Below, one piece after another: positions 22,601 to 31,908 of a DNA stretch of 64,000 nucleotides. A model generated the notes under the pieces. The model saw nothing but the letters and a program-made list of their open reading frames with translations, was not told where the DNA came from and made no database searches. The translations under genes were made by a program, and so were the position numbers. Every line of letters begins with the position of its first letter. Within the stretch, counting starts at the first letter, position 1. Source of the DNA: a virus; the IMG/VR virus record IMGVR_UViG_3300024264_000011, positions 1-64,000 of that record; one strand, 5' to 3'.

Positions 22601-25600
22601 TAAATTGCCATAAATTTGACCATTAGATGTTTTAATTACGTCATTATCAATAAAGAATCCAGAAGTTTCATTTATTTGAATAGTAGATGATAATGGATCA
22701 AATCCAGTAACAAGTCCTTCAATTGCAACTGGATATTTCTTGGATACTCTATCTGTAGTGATAGGAGCATTTGGGAGAAGATTCTTTCTCTTAATATTTA
22801 CTTTAAAAGATGCACCACTACCTTCCTGAGAAGATACTGTTATAATTGGTACTTCAGAAAAATTTGAACCACCATCAATTACTTCCACTTTAGTAATAGT
22901 ACCGACACTAACGGTTGCTTTTAAGTTTGCTCTTGCAGAATCTCCATTAACTAAAAGAGTGACAACATTATCATACAAAGAACCACCCGATAAAACTTCG
23001 ACACTATCAATTTCAAAATTATTGGTAACTTTTGCAGTTACTGGAGTTTTTACTTTATGTCTTACATTAATATTTTCAGTAAAAGAAGATACTGCAGAAT
23101 AGTTGAAATTTTTTAATTTTCCAATACTTGTAGAATCTAATTGAACAATTGCCTTACCGTCTCCTGCTATTTGATTGTCTGAAGCAATAGTACCTTTCTT
23201 TACAATAGAGGAAATTGATGGAAGTCGTCTATAACCAGAACCCTTATTGGATATAGTAATATCAACTATCGGTCCAGTAGCACCTGCAGATTTTGCAGAA
23301 TATCTTAATCTTTCATCATAATAATTTTCTACAGATTCAATAAAATTAATTACAAATTTTGTTGGACTTACATATCTGGCGACTCTATATTTACCAGAAT
23401 AATCTCTAGTTTTTTGAACAATAAAGACTTTTGTAATAGTACTACTGTGTACAAAGAAAGTATCTGGTAATTTTCTTGGATCGATTATAATATAATTAGA
23501 TTCAACTTCACTTATTTCAAATAGAGGTTGTTGCTTCTCTAAATCTGCATATAATTCAATATTATCACCAACAATTTTATAGATTAAAAATGCATTTATA
23601 TTAATATTTTCCAATTTTGTTCCAGATAATCCAGCACTGGTTACAGCGACAAACTGAGATTCTGATCCACTTGGTGATGACAAATTAATTGTTTCATTAA
23701 AATAACCATCACCTATTAAAGATTCATTTACTTTATCATATTCAAAAAATACATAATCTCCATATATTAATCCATGAGAAGAGTCTGTTGTAAACTCTAC
23801 TGATTTATTATCAGTATTTGGTAAAATTTTGATATTTGTTATTTTTTTACCACCAACTCTAGAAACAAAAGCAGAAGCTCCAGATCCTCCAGTTAAATTA
23901 TTATCAAAAATTAATTTATCACCAACTTTGTAATTATTACCAGCATTTTCAATTATGCATGAATCAACAGAACCACTCGATAAACTATATCCACCATAAG
24001 ATGAAGTAAATGATTTATCAAATTGAGAATTTGGAATCCTTTGTGATATAACACTCTTTGTTCTTGATGTATCTTCTGATGGATAATAATCATTACCCTC
24101 ATAACCAGAATAATTCAGATCATCAGATTTAGACTGTGGTCCTTCGTAGGCTCTTTCAAATACTTTTGGAATTCTATCGGAAGTTCTACACTTATTATTG
24201 TTATAGTCGTCGTAAGTAGAAGCAAATTCGTCACCAACAACAAATGGGAAGCCAGTTGGTATAGATGCACTACTTGGATTTCCAGCAGTACTATTGGTCA
24301 AGAGAGAATTTGTTACACTATCGTATGAAGATGTAGTAGCTACATAATAATATTTTCCATCTGGGAATTCTGGTGTAACAGCATACCTACCATTGAATTT
24401 ATCTAACGAACCTAAAGTAGTATCAGCAGAATATTCGTAATCCTCAATAAAACTACCAATTGGATAATCACTTATATCTGGTCCACCATCTCTACTTACC
24501 CAATATGTTGTACTACTAATAGATACAGATAATCTATTTGTTGTGCTGGGTTGAGATGTACTATACTTTAATTTATATCTTGATTTAACTTCCTCGAGCG
24601 AAGAATTACCTCTAGGATCACTATAGTGTTTATTTGATGCATAAATTGGAATACCGTCACAACTAAAACCAACTACAGGTGAATGGTATTCAGCAGATAC
24701 GATGTTATTTACATTTGAGTTTAAATTTGGATATGTTGATCTAATTGCAGAGTTTCTCTGATGTATATCATATGCAACCAACTTATCAGCAAATGTTAAA
24801 ATATAATATTCTTTTGAATCTAATGATTTAGCAAAATCAAGATTCTGATCAACTACTTTAAAAGTTGCTTCATTATTTGCAGAAGGTACTACATCATCTG
24901 TATTAAAAACATAACCACCATATTCATCAATTCTACCATTCCTAGACAACATGGAAGGTAAGTTAAATGTCCACTCTTTTAATTTTACAGATACTACTGC
25001 TTTCCTCTTCTCTGCAGATTTAAAAGTTAATCTAGGAGATGCAGTATAACCTTCACCACCATTTTCTATAATAACTTCTTTCAACCCTGATTTACTATTT
25101 CCAGTAATATCCAACACTGATGTTAGTGTAGCCTTTTCAGTACCGCCGGCGCCAACTTCAATAATAGGAGGTACACTATAGTTTTGTCCAATATTTGTAA
25201 TCGACACAGAAGAAACTTCACCATCAGAAACATAAGCAACACCTTCTACATTACTACCAAAATCTAGTATTGCTGATGGTCTACTATCATACGTAGTAGA
25301 TACATTAGGATTTTCAATTTCATTATAATTTGACTTATAAAAATTCTTGTTGGAAACTAAAGGACCTTCTGCTTCAATATATCTATCAGTACCTTTTCCA
25401 AATGGAATTTTAAATTCTGTAGTTTTTCCACCACCTCTAATATAAATTGATGGTAACGCAACATACCCAAAACCTTCGTCTAAAACAATTATATTATCAA
25501 TATTACCATTAACATAACTAATGTCCAATACAGCATCTCTATGATTTGGGTGTAGAAGAGGATCAGCAACTAGTTTGAAGTTTACCGAAGAATATCCAGC

Positions 25601-28600
25601 AGAAAGAGTTAAAGTAATAGGATCCTTTGATAATAAAGCATCAGACTTTGTTGTATGTAACTTAATTACAATAGGATCTGTAGTGGAATTTACTACACTG
25701 ACATAATAATATGTGCCATTTGATAAGTTATCAAATGATTGTAAATTATTGGTATAATTAAATAAAACTCTATCACCAGAATTTAGACTCTCTACGTCAT
25801 CAGCATCAATATTTAATGAATCTACTCCTGACCCAAAAATATCGTTCTCATCTAAAACAAACTTTTGTGTGATAGAAGGTGAGTCATTTACCAATTCGAT
25901 AGTTGGTTTTGATGTAAATCCAGTTAATTCGGATTGGTAATCTTCGTATAATGTTGTAAAATTAACTTTTTTAATTGATGCAGCAATTCTTAATAATGAT
26001 CCAGTATTTCTATTAGTAACAGATCCACTTTGGGATGTTATCTGGAATCTGGGCATACCACCAGCCCAAACATCGTATCTAGCTGCTGTACCATCTAATC
26101 GTAATGGTACTGGATAAATTCCTCCATCAGCTATAACAATTTTAGATATTTCACCGTATTCTATAGTATTTCCTCTATATGAATTAATTTGAATACCATT
26201 TACATCTAGACCAACAGATTTTTTGTTTTTTCTACCAGTACCAACAAAATTTGCTCCACCAGGTCTTAAAGATCTTTTGTTGATCCTATAAACGGAGTTT
26301 TGGTTTGTAAAATTAACTAATTTTCCAGCAGCATTACTTGGATTTTTGTTGGAATCGAAAAGATTTCCAGATTGTGTGGTAATATCATTCCACCAAGGTG
26401 GAATTGCTGTAGATGCAACATATACATGATCACCAAATTCATATTTTGATTGAATACCAGTTGTATGATAATATATGTTGACAAATCTAGAATCATCAAC
26501 ATAATTTACTTGTGGATTTGGAAATATTGTTGTAAATATATCTGAAGTTTCGGAATCTGATTGATTAAATGTTGATATATTTTTATCATCATTATCAATG
26601 AATCTGTATGTGGAATCAAAATTTAAAGCTCCACCGTCTTCTACAGATAGAGTAGAAGGAACTCCTAATATTCTGAATGATGGGTCAATTACAGTAGAAT
26701 CACTGTTTTTTATATAAAAAGAATAGTTGTATCTATTTTTGACTACATATTTCCATTCTACTGGGGTCGAATTTATGATTGTACCATCATAAGCACTACC
26801 AGAAGTATGTGTTGGAGCAGTAGATCCAGAAGTACCAGAATTTAATGCACGATATAGTGAAATTCCATTATATCTTAAATCATCTTTAGTAATAGATTCC
26901 CCACTAGTCCACTTATTTAAAGTTTCCATTCTTCCATAGGAAACAACTTCATTTTCAACATCAAGTGTTATATTTTCAGTCTGAATTCCAGCAATTTGTG
27001 GATATTCACAACCAAAGAACTGTTTCATAGTTCTTGATTTATAATATATTTCTACACCATCAACAAATATAACTCCATTGTTTAGTGGAAATCTACTAGC
27101 GTCATCCACAGAGATAATAAAATCTGTATCACCGATTATAATCGATTGTTCTCTTATGATAATTGTTGTTGGTTGTAAATAGATATGATTTATATCAGTT
27201 TCTCTACTAATATCTACCTGATATACATTATTTTCTAATGAGAATGATGTATCAATACCAATAGTAGCTCCTGGTATTTTATACTTCCTATCTGCATCTT
27301 GTACGAGAGTAACTACTTGAGGTAAAAAACCACCTTCCAAATCGCCAGTTAAGTACTTAAACTTTGTAATTACTGGACTTATACTGGAAGCACTAGAAGG
27401 ACTGAATGTATAGTTTCTAGGGAATTCTATATTTTGTTCTTCACCATCAACCTGGAATCCATTTCTACTAGCTACGGGAGATGTAAATGACTTTGCAACG
27501 AAAGCTCTTGCTTTTTCTCCATCATCGGTAAATAATTCATCATTTGGAGCAAAATAACCAACTACATCATAAAGTAATAATTCATCAGTAAAAGAATCAT
27601 AATACTCTACTCTACCACTTCCAGTTCTTGATTCATTATAAACAACTTGGTCTTCTAAAAATTTTCTATTTCTTACAACTGCACTGATTGGTCCTCTATA
27701 ATTTTCTCCTTCATCACTAACAGTAATAGAAGTTATAACTCCATCAGAATTTATTCCACTTACGTCAATAACTGCAGTAGTATTTTCTCTAATACCATTA
27801 GATACTACACCAGTACCACTACCAATAATTGATATTATTGGTGGATTGACTAATGTCCCATTTTCAATTCTATTATCATAGTTAACACCACCAGAAACAA
27901 TTTGAGGTGGTGGTGAAGAATCTACTTTACCTCTGGTATTATTAATCTTTAATTTAGCACCAAAACCTCTTCTTTTTAGAATAATATTAAATCTTCTATC
28001 GTTAAAAAGAATTCTGAATAAAATTCTATGAGAATTTAAACTTCCTTTAGAAGCATAAAAAGATCTAATTCTGCTAATGAAAGAACCAAGATCAATGTCA
28101 TCTACTAAAACTTCTGGTAATAATGGAACTAACTCAGATTTAATTCTACTAAAGAATTCATTAGCATAAAAATAAGCAATATTAACTACTTCTGATTTGT
28201 CAAGATGTTCCGCAGTTTTACTAGAAGTTAAGACTATATCAGTAGTAACTTCTCTATCAAGAACTAAAGCTGTTGTGCCCCTTACACAATCCTCAAAAGT
28301 AGTTTTTGTTGTTGTTCTATAAAATATAATTTCATCATTTATCTTGATATATCCATCCTTCTCTGGAAATCCATCAGTGCTATCAACAGTAATAACCTCA
28401 GCAGTTTTGCTAAGGTTTGAAGACATATTTAACTTAGTTTTTTGAACTAAGTTATTTGGTCTAAAATAAGATATATTATAGTACTCCGTTAAATTGGAGG
28501 CTATATCAAGAGGTTTAAATTTTAACTCTTGAGACTGATAGTAGCTAGTTACGAAGTTTACGAACCGTTCATTATTTTCCTGAACAAAATCAGGAAACTG

Positions 28601-28651
28601 ATTCTCAATTAAAGTGGAGAGAATTGAGTCTTTTTGATCGAGGTATATCAT
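16685..28651 (-). CDS. gp7: Giant baseplate wedge initiator (3988 aa) with YHYH-like, CBM-like, repeat and reelin-like regions
   Basis: Lies between gp6 and gp8; IENQFPDFVQE...SFYASKGSLNSHRILFRILF; HSPVVGFSCDGIPIY...FIEDYEY...TPEFPDGKYYY; DSNYYQNWSYSI...HPAGFKQF. Confidence 0.88.
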   Translation of the reverse strand: MIYLDQKDSILSTLIENQFPDFVQENNERFVNFVTSYYQSQELKFKPLDIASNLTEYYNISYFRPNNLVQKTKLNMSSNLSKTAEVITVDSTDGFPEKDGYIKINDEIIFYRTTTKTTFEDCVRGTTALVLDREVTTDIVLTSSKTAEHLDKSEVVNIAYFYANEFFSRIKSELVPLLPEVLVDDIDLGSFISRIRSFYASKGSLNSHRILFRILFNDRRFNIILKRRGFGAKLKINNTRGKVDSSPPPQIVSGGVNYDNRIENGTLVNPPIISIIGSGTGVVSNGIRENTTAVIDVSGINSDGVITSITVSDEGENYRGPISAVVRNRKFLEDQVVYNESRTGSGRVEYYDSFTDELLLYDVVGYFAPNDELFTDDGEKARAFVAKSFTSPVASRNGFQVDGEEQNIEFPRNYTFSPSSASSISPVITKFKYLTGDLEGGFLPQVVTLVQDADRKYKIPGATIGIDTSFSLENNVYQVDISRETDINHIYLQPTTIIIREQSIIIGDTDFIISVDDASRFPLNNGVIFVDGVEIYYKSRTMKQFFGCEYPQIAGIQTENITLDVENEVVSYGRMETLNKWTSGESITKDDLRYNGISLYRALNSGTSGSTAPTHTSGSAYDGTIINSTPVEWKYVVKNRYNYSFYIKNSDSTVIDPSFRILGVPSTLSVEDGGALNFDSTYRFIDNDDKNISTFNQSDSETSDIFTTIFPNPQVNYVDDSRFVNIYYHTTGIQSKYEFGDHVYVASTAIPPWWNDITTQSGNLFDSNKNPSNAAGKLVNFTNQNSVYRINKRSLRPGGANFVGTGRKNKKSVGLDVNGIQINSYRGNTIEYGEISKIVIADGGIYPVPLRLDGTAARYDVWAGGMPRFQITSQSGSVTNRNTGSLLRIAASIKKVNFTTLYEDYQSELTGFTSKPTIELVNDSPSITQKFVLDENDIFGSGVDSLNIDADDVESLNSGDRVLFNYTNNLQSFDNLSNGTYYYVSVVNSTTDPIVIKLHTTKSDALLSKDPITLTLSAGYSSVNFKLVADPLLHPNHRDAVLDISYVNGNIDNIIVLDEGFGYVALPSIYIRGGGKTTEFKIPFGKGTDRYIEAEGPLVSNKNFYKSNYNEIENPNVSTTYDSRPSAILDFGSNVEGVAYVSDGEVSSVSITNIGQNYSVPPIIEVGAGGTEKATLTSVLDITGNSKSGLKEVIIENGGEGYTASPRLTFKSAEKRKAVVSVKLKEWTFNLPSMLSRNGRIDEYGGYVFNTDDVVPSANNEATFKVVDQNLDFAKSLDSKEYYILTFADKLVAYDIHQRNSAIRSTYPNLNSNVNNIVSAEYHSPVVGFSCDGIPIYASNKHYSDPRGNSSLEEVKSRYKLKYSTSQPSTTNRLSVSISSTTYWVSRDGGPDISDYPIGSFIEDYEYSADTTLGSLDKFNGRYAVTPEFPDGKYYYVATTSSYDSVTNSLLTNSTAGNPSSASIPTGFPFVVGDEFASTYDDYNNNKCRTSDRIPKVFERAYEGPQSKSDDLNYSGYEGNDYYPSEDTSRTKSVISQRIPNSQFDKSFTSSYGGYSLSSGSVDSCIIENAGNNYKVGDKLIFDNNLTGGSGASAFVSRVGGKKITNIKILPNTDNKSVEFTTDSSHGLIYGDYVFFEYDKVNESLIGDGYFNETINLSSPSGSESQFVAVTSAGLSGTKLENININAFLIYKIVGDNIELYADLEKQQPLFEISEVESNYIIIDPRKLPDTFFVHSSTITKVFIVQKTRDYSGKYRVARYVSPTKFVINFIESVENYYDERLRYSAKSAGATGPIVDITISNKGSGYRRLPSISSIVKKGTIASDNQIAGDGKAIVQLDSTSIGKLKNFNYSAVSSFTENINVRHKVKTPVTAKVTNNFEIDSVEVLSGGSLYDNVVTLLVNGDSARANLKATVSVGTITKVEVIDGGSNFSEVPIITVSSQEGSGASFKVNIKRKNLLPNAPITTDRVSKKYPVAIEGLVTGFDPLSSTIQINETSGFFIDNDVIKTSNGQIYGNLVSTKRSKVSAGIESKVDLPRKITDTRGNVSDYSQRVTDSNYYQNWSYSIVSSRDTKEWKKTQDINTHPAGFKQFGKKVIERRKKFFSDQVFKSSVIFTAAISSDINLNVKLSPCYQRRLLLQDTSLYSVGNYIYGTISGAIAQVVKVTEYFIYVEIRSKKEFQLREIIVRITQDFAFANFDSTDLSLAFFSGIYQEHDTSFEVAASTTNNNEYYFVPNFDFLSTDEIYLYRISPRYDSTDPTNIINNFDVLDTSTLSTNSNAISFTKDSVSYSVTSSTLEQFIISVAGVVQNPNLLTVSNNTVGLGVNIGFDNTKVCAVRHENLRKLSFTNPQTNNTVFTLNHTPSDHCELLIFYLGVFQTQLVPAQDFTISGNQITFESSVDPSLVFGWYIQNETITCESIDTALLNQNRIQSILHCTSANEKQQFIESNAVKNAQSFYESRNELIDGTVYPASATRVEGFDTRFTYTSPRYSSSYVEVLDKLSFNGSTTTFSIKRDGKNYTPSNGEESLVVYIDNQVLDHDQYSVSGSNITFSTAYASSINCTLIDYVSEFLSNTNNENGTIIDRLGVVQNGTRTKFNLSDRGVPKYVNNVGDIFVIKNDELQYPVSSYTDHKVRTFNGHTVNDNKITFVDAPEASDDINLVFFNRQLSPLSTKNVVLDPFVCFDDSRTTFPITIDGILQSSFVTNNFFVVRNGVLQKPSIDYTITSGNITFSDAPSPDEDGTIFAFYAYDGINQNETLEFANYINGTQTDFALTTNYTNTTVDNDVNVLVLRNGVFQEVGVDYSIQDNNTFPFIRFTTAPQTTEDIFMLNIIGSGDSNLVNITSTLSQTNSTTITATADATTSNKFLVFNNGILQTRLSSAYSVNVPSGSGSQTFTFTFAEDVDISDLYIIAFADQTTLGQEYDVLTVSNTSTLTYDLRFSGSATDALSDANEIMVAIDGVVQKAGFAYTVSPYSVNSVTDRIIFNSTALTSVGAKITIIRIGDDIPGVSNPVEYLDFIDDNYTKVTRTENGVSILPTRYKLVYTAGNGFQSFNPSISDPADLLIIRAGVVQNPTQDYVVGPGYIEFTTNVEETEDIYVLHAHGRDELTITGGSTVSTNQTDYVVSSTISSSDEDKIIIYADGVPRFKRRGDFTVYNNNTIRLTHSDGFAPTQVFVVKYPNVQLIDEFQYCPNGERTIFKLFYNQANLIAANILTDADILAVKNGIVLDPSTEYSISTSRGLITFTDAPAHNDTIMLIRMSENTALTLVDDPGSSNTRRYNFGNSYSESLQRENVVIFSNNKWRFAELGHFTWNNDNTVTLSENHTTGTLFAIKFFGVFNLLDQINTPFNGSITRFNLFDGEENFVPVGTVSDDDTPDPTSLLVVKNGDILEPGHDFDIEPITDNETQIVFTTAPVASDVISVRSVGSFDKLDTKTSSSGTVFELTKSGNVYYPNYDIDRPRKLENQLLVVKDGEVQSPLYDYYIDNEKIRFTSSVSFSRLFIMDFRGTYGDVRVFNRISEVNTGDKIQIPGEEEERTVTAVLSPTILTTASYSGDGPSGFAATATYSSGKVTGFTVSNKGGGYDTPVVIRTKGTGTGAKATALVETIYGNRVEESSIDIQYGGYNIYTNPTVVATQYASVYKLQPLNKSEIRKATKLLQNINNSVETFDVGNGTGLPSNPPTVTVTSSSGSGANFKVYVSGGEIRKIDLLNGGSGYDDRDFTIGITGGGGDGCVLEGVLNSSGTITSVIIQNPGVGYDTNRVFFYKEVSGEVEAEGVEYTYVTENSISSVGFDTTNSDGIYEFGNGTAIVSGGTGVGSTGGFDIGTHLRFGDTSGTRFVTFDPIDSRGVNSVRVYAVRGNDSNGGETPDVVGDEDLRIQYQSTSSGAAPDGNSWVDLGIVIDAVPNGSGTGVLDNYDFNLPTAVQGEHVYFRLIQDDNSGSDYDHYGILSISFLGYPTYTLDGCTRGAVGTARSHTSSDLVYFDSYL

Positions 28652-30741
28652 GAGCAGCTGTATGGATCTTCTTCTGGTACAAAGTCATCTAAATCAATTG
28701 GTGGTCCGATAATACCTTCACCGTCTCCGTCACCTGGAGTATCAATATCTGGTGGTATTGCTGGGATGTCGGGAACACCGCCGCCAGGACCCTGAGTAAT
28801 TGGTGGAGTTCCTGGTGGGTCTATAGTACCACCACTGTCATCACCTGGTGGTGGATCACTAGTTATAAGACCAGGATATTCGTATCTTGGTTCATCATCA
28901 GAACCTGGTGGTGGATCACCATCATCACCTTCATTAATAGATGGAGGTAATACTGTAATTTCTGGTATTGTCCCAGGACCTGTTGGTATCTCTATAACTT
29001 CAGGGATAACTATAGTATTTATTGTAACATTATCACAGGCCTGAACTTGGAATTCTACCTCTCCTGTTAACGGATCAACAGAGCCGACTTCTTTGATTGG
29101 TTGCAACGTGTCTGCATTATACAGATAAAGAATATTGTCTGTATCACAACCAGATAGAGCTCCAACAAATACTGGACTTGGTATACCAACATGACAAAAA
29201 GGATCCGTGATAACATAAAATGGATCTTTTGTATCAGTTTTTAATTTTGTATAGAAATTTGGATCATAGTTTCTGTTAATTAATCCTTGTAAATCAACAG
29301 GTTGCTGCAAATAGACTGGTAATTCTACATACTGAATTGCATCATCAAGTCCTTTAATTTTACATCTCAATGAAAGATCAGAGTAAATACCACCAAACTT
29401 ATTAAAGTCTGTAGAATTTACATATTCACCAACTACACCATTTATTAAACTTACTAAATCAGAAGATCTATTTCTAGTTTTATCTGGATCGTATTGAATT
29501 ACAGGTTTAACTACAAAATTCAAGTATTCAGGATCAACAACACTGACTTTTACAGAACCAACTTTATACTTATCCATTTCACCAGCAATTCTGTCTTTTT
29601 CATAATCACTGACAAATTGACCAACTGTAGGTTTAATTGCAATAAAAACTTCTCCAAATCTTGGTGGTTTTAAGTTTTCGCCACCGATAACACGTACTAA
29701 GTCAGCATTTGGGTAAATCTGTTGAATAATTGATTCATAATCAGAAAGTGTTACTGCTCTTTCTTGAGATGCATAATATCTTGGAGCTCTATATTTAATT
29801 GACTTAATTGTCTCATAGTCAGATCCACCATCAGATCTATCCACACCATCACTTAGTTCAAAATCAATTTTTGATAAATTTAGAAGTGTACCTTCAGTTG
29901 TTGTACTAGAATCTGCAGGACTGCCGGTATATCCTCTTATCTTTCCGTTATATTTGAATTCTTTAATACCGTTCGCTTGACCACCACCAGTTACTACGTA
30001 AGATATTCTTATAATTTCACCATCTCGTACTTTTCTACCGATTACATCATCACCAAATACAATTTCATATTTTTGATCTTGTACTTCTTCGACAAAGAAA
30101 ACAGTATCAGCGTTATTTACATCTACAATAGTATCTTTTTTGGTATATTCAATTTCAATATTATTTGTAGGATCTGGAATAACAAATACTCTAAAAGTTT
30201 CTGAATCTACAAAATTATTAGGCACAAAGAATCTTTGGTGTTCATTTGAACTATCTACAACATAAGAAATACTATATTCAGTACCTTCAACTAATGCAAT
30301 ATCACGTAATGTTGTTTTGGACTTACCTTTTACATTTGCTTCAATATCATTTCTCGTCAAAAAGGTATAATTTTTACCATTATTATTCGCTGTAAGAACA
30401 GAACCTGCTGTTAATAAAATATAATCGTAATCTTCAATACCAGTTACAGTCAAATTTACAGATACCTTAGAAGAGGTATAGGAATTTGCAGTATATCCTA
30501 GTCTCTTTGCAATAGAAACAACATTGTCTCTGAGTACAGCAGTATCGAGATTTAACTCGTTAGATGCCATATTCAAATTATAGTTAGTATATAATGTATT
30601 ATATGCTAGTACATCAACCAGCATAGAAAGGTTAGAACCTTCAAAGTCATAGTCTTTGAAGTCTGTTTTTGTTTTTATATACTCTTTGATCGAACTTTTT
30701 ACCTGATCAAATTCTAACGCTGATACTATTGGTAATTCCAT
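28648..30741 (-). CDS. gp6: Baseplate wedge subunit with Pro/Asp/Gly-rich C-terminal tail
   Basis: LEFDQVKSSIKEYI...DYDFEGSNLSMLVDVLAYNT...YEIVFGDDVIG...QERAVTLSDY. Confidence 0.95.
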   Translation of the reverse strand: MELPIVSALEFDQVKSSIKEYIKTKTDFKDYDFEGSNLSMLVDVLAYNTLYTNYNLNMASNELNLDTAVLRDNVVSIAKRLGYTANSYTSSKVSVNLTVTGIEDYDYILLTAGSVLTANNNGKNYTFLTRNDIEANVKGKSKTTLRDIALVEGTEYSISYVVDSSNEHQRFFVPNNFVDSETFRVFVIPDPTNNIEIEYTKKDTIVDVNNADTVFFVEEVQDQKYEIVFGDDVIGRKVRDGEIIRISYVVTGGGQANGIKEFKYNGKIRGYTGSPADSSTTTEGTLLNLSKIDFELSDGVDRSDGGSDYETIKSIKYRAPRYYASQERAVTLSDYESIIQQIYPNADLVRVIGGENLKPPRFGEVFIAIKPTVGQFVSDYEKDRIAGEMDKYKVGSVKVSVVDPEYLNFVVKPVIQYDPDKTRNRSSDLVSLINGVVGEYVNSTDFNKFGGIYSDLSLRCKIKGLDDAIQYVELPVYLQQPVDLQGLINRNYDPNFYTKLKTDTKDPFYVITDPFCHVGIPSPVFVGALSGCDTDNILYLYNADTLQPIKEVGSVDPLTGEVEFQVQACDNVTINTIVIPEVIEIPTGPGTIPEITVLPPSINEGDDGDPPPGSDDEPRYEYPGLITSDPPPGDDSGGTIDPPGTPPITQGPGGGVPDIPAIPPDIDTPGDGDGEGIIGPPIDLDDFVPEEDPYSCS

Positions 30742-31203
30742 TTAACTTTCTCTTACTAGTATGAATGATAGATTTTGAACTTCTGGTGGTGAACCAACTA
30801 TTTCATACTCAATAATTACCTCAAATCCAGAGTCAATTGTAGCATCTGGTGTTGGTGGATTTACTTCAATAGCTACCAGTTTGATTCTTGGTTCATAGGT
30901 TACAAGTACCTTTTCAATTTGTTCAATTAATGCATTTGATGAGACCCCAGTATTTAATTCAAACAAATATGAAGTAGTATCAGTTCCTACAAGTGGATTA
31001 AATGGTCGTTCATTTACTTTGGTCAAAACTAAATTTTTGACCGACTGTTTTATCGATTCTTCATTCTTTAACACAACAATATCACCAGTCACAGGATTAC
31101 GAGCAAAATTTAAACTAAGGTCTTTAAAGGCCCTAGAAATTTTGCCAAGGTAATTAGACTGTAAAGTCCTCTTTCCAGTTACTGAACCTAGATACTGCGG
31201 CAT
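30742..31203 (-). CDS. gp25: Baseplate wedge subunit
   Basis: SRAFKDLSLNFARNPVTGDI...IKQSVKNLVLT..NERPFNP...YEPRI. Confidence 0.93.
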   Translation of the reverse strand: MPQYLGSVTGKRTLQSNYLGKISRAFKDLSLNFARNPVTGDIVVLKNEESIKQSVKNLVLTKVNERPFNPLVGTDTTSYLFELNTGVSSNALIEQIEKVLVTYEPRIKLVAIEVNPPTPDATIDSGFEVIIEYEIVGSPPEVQNLSFILVRES

Positions 31204-31247
31204 TACCTATAAAAGAATCTTTATATACTATATATGTGACTTTTACT

Positions 31248-31388
31248 TCATTTTTTCGTATTCCGCAAAATAGGTTTATTTGCACTCTTCAGATAGTAAT
31301 CTGATTTCGGATTTGTGATGAGAATTACTGTTCCAAAGTCTTTTTTCATAAGTTCTGGTGCATAATCCGGGTTTGGTGAATTAGCCAT
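31248..31388 (-). CDS. Small hypothetical protein (46 aa)
   Basis: Hand-translated MANSPNPDYAPELMKKDFGTVILITNPKSDYYLKS...; GAGG RBS upstream. Confidence 0.6.
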   Translation of the reverse strand: MANSPNPDYAPELMKKDFGTVILITNPKSDYYLKSANKPILRNTKK

Positions 31389-31437
31389 TTTACCTCTAGA
31401 ATCATTTCCAGAACTTTTTTGGAGGTTCTATCTCCGA

Positions 31438-31707
31438 TATAGTCCATACAGTTCCAAAACTGTAGGTTAGGTAAGTCTAAATCAGGTTCAGGGGTCTCTG
31501 GGCGGTCCAGGAACGCACTGATTGGGAGTTTGTCATACATTGACCCATATTCAGGAAGATAAGTCTCAAAATAAAAGCGCGTCCAGGTATAGACTTTGCC
31601 GATACCCAGACGCCCTCAACAAATTCGCCAAAACCAGATTGATGATCAGTGAGATATTCTTTTCTCACATAGACTTTTCTTGCTGGTAAATTGACGACTA
31701 AACTCAT
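31438..31707 (-). pseudogene. Frameshifted, 3'-truncated copy of a conserved cyanophage hypothetical gene
   Basis: ORF 31477-31707 (..KSIPGRAF) and ORF 31346-31540 (MYDKLPISAF..LQFWNCMDY) join as GRAF-YFETYLPEYGSMYDKLP if one T is added to the T-run near 31575. Confidence 0.7.
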
Positions 31708-31850
31708 TTTCCTTGACCGCGATATGCTTTTCTAGCTTTGTTACGAGACGTTGCAGCGTACTTAGTAAATTTACCTTTACCCTGACGAGTCATTTTGGGC
31801 TTACCCTCAATGAAAGTACCACCAGACAATCCGATTCGTGATTTAGCCAT
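31704..31850 (-). CDS. Small, very basic conserved cyanophage protein (48 aa)
   Basis: MAKSRIGLSGGTFIEGKPKMTRQGKGKFTKYAATSRNKARKAYRGQGK; ATGA overlap with the next gene. Confidence 0.8.
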   Translation of the reverse strand: MAKSRIGLSGGTFIEGKPKMTRQGKGKFTKYAATSRNKARKAYRGQGK

Positions 31851-31873
31851 TTGATTTCTTAAGAACTGACGTA

Positions 31874-31902
31874 ATTATACCAGTGACAACTGGTGGTGTC
31901 AA
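31874..31902 (-). promoter_or_regulatory. Consensus sigma70 promoter
   Basis: TTGACA-17 bp-TATAAT exact on minus strand. Confidence 0.85.
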
Positions 31903-31908
31903 CAGATT

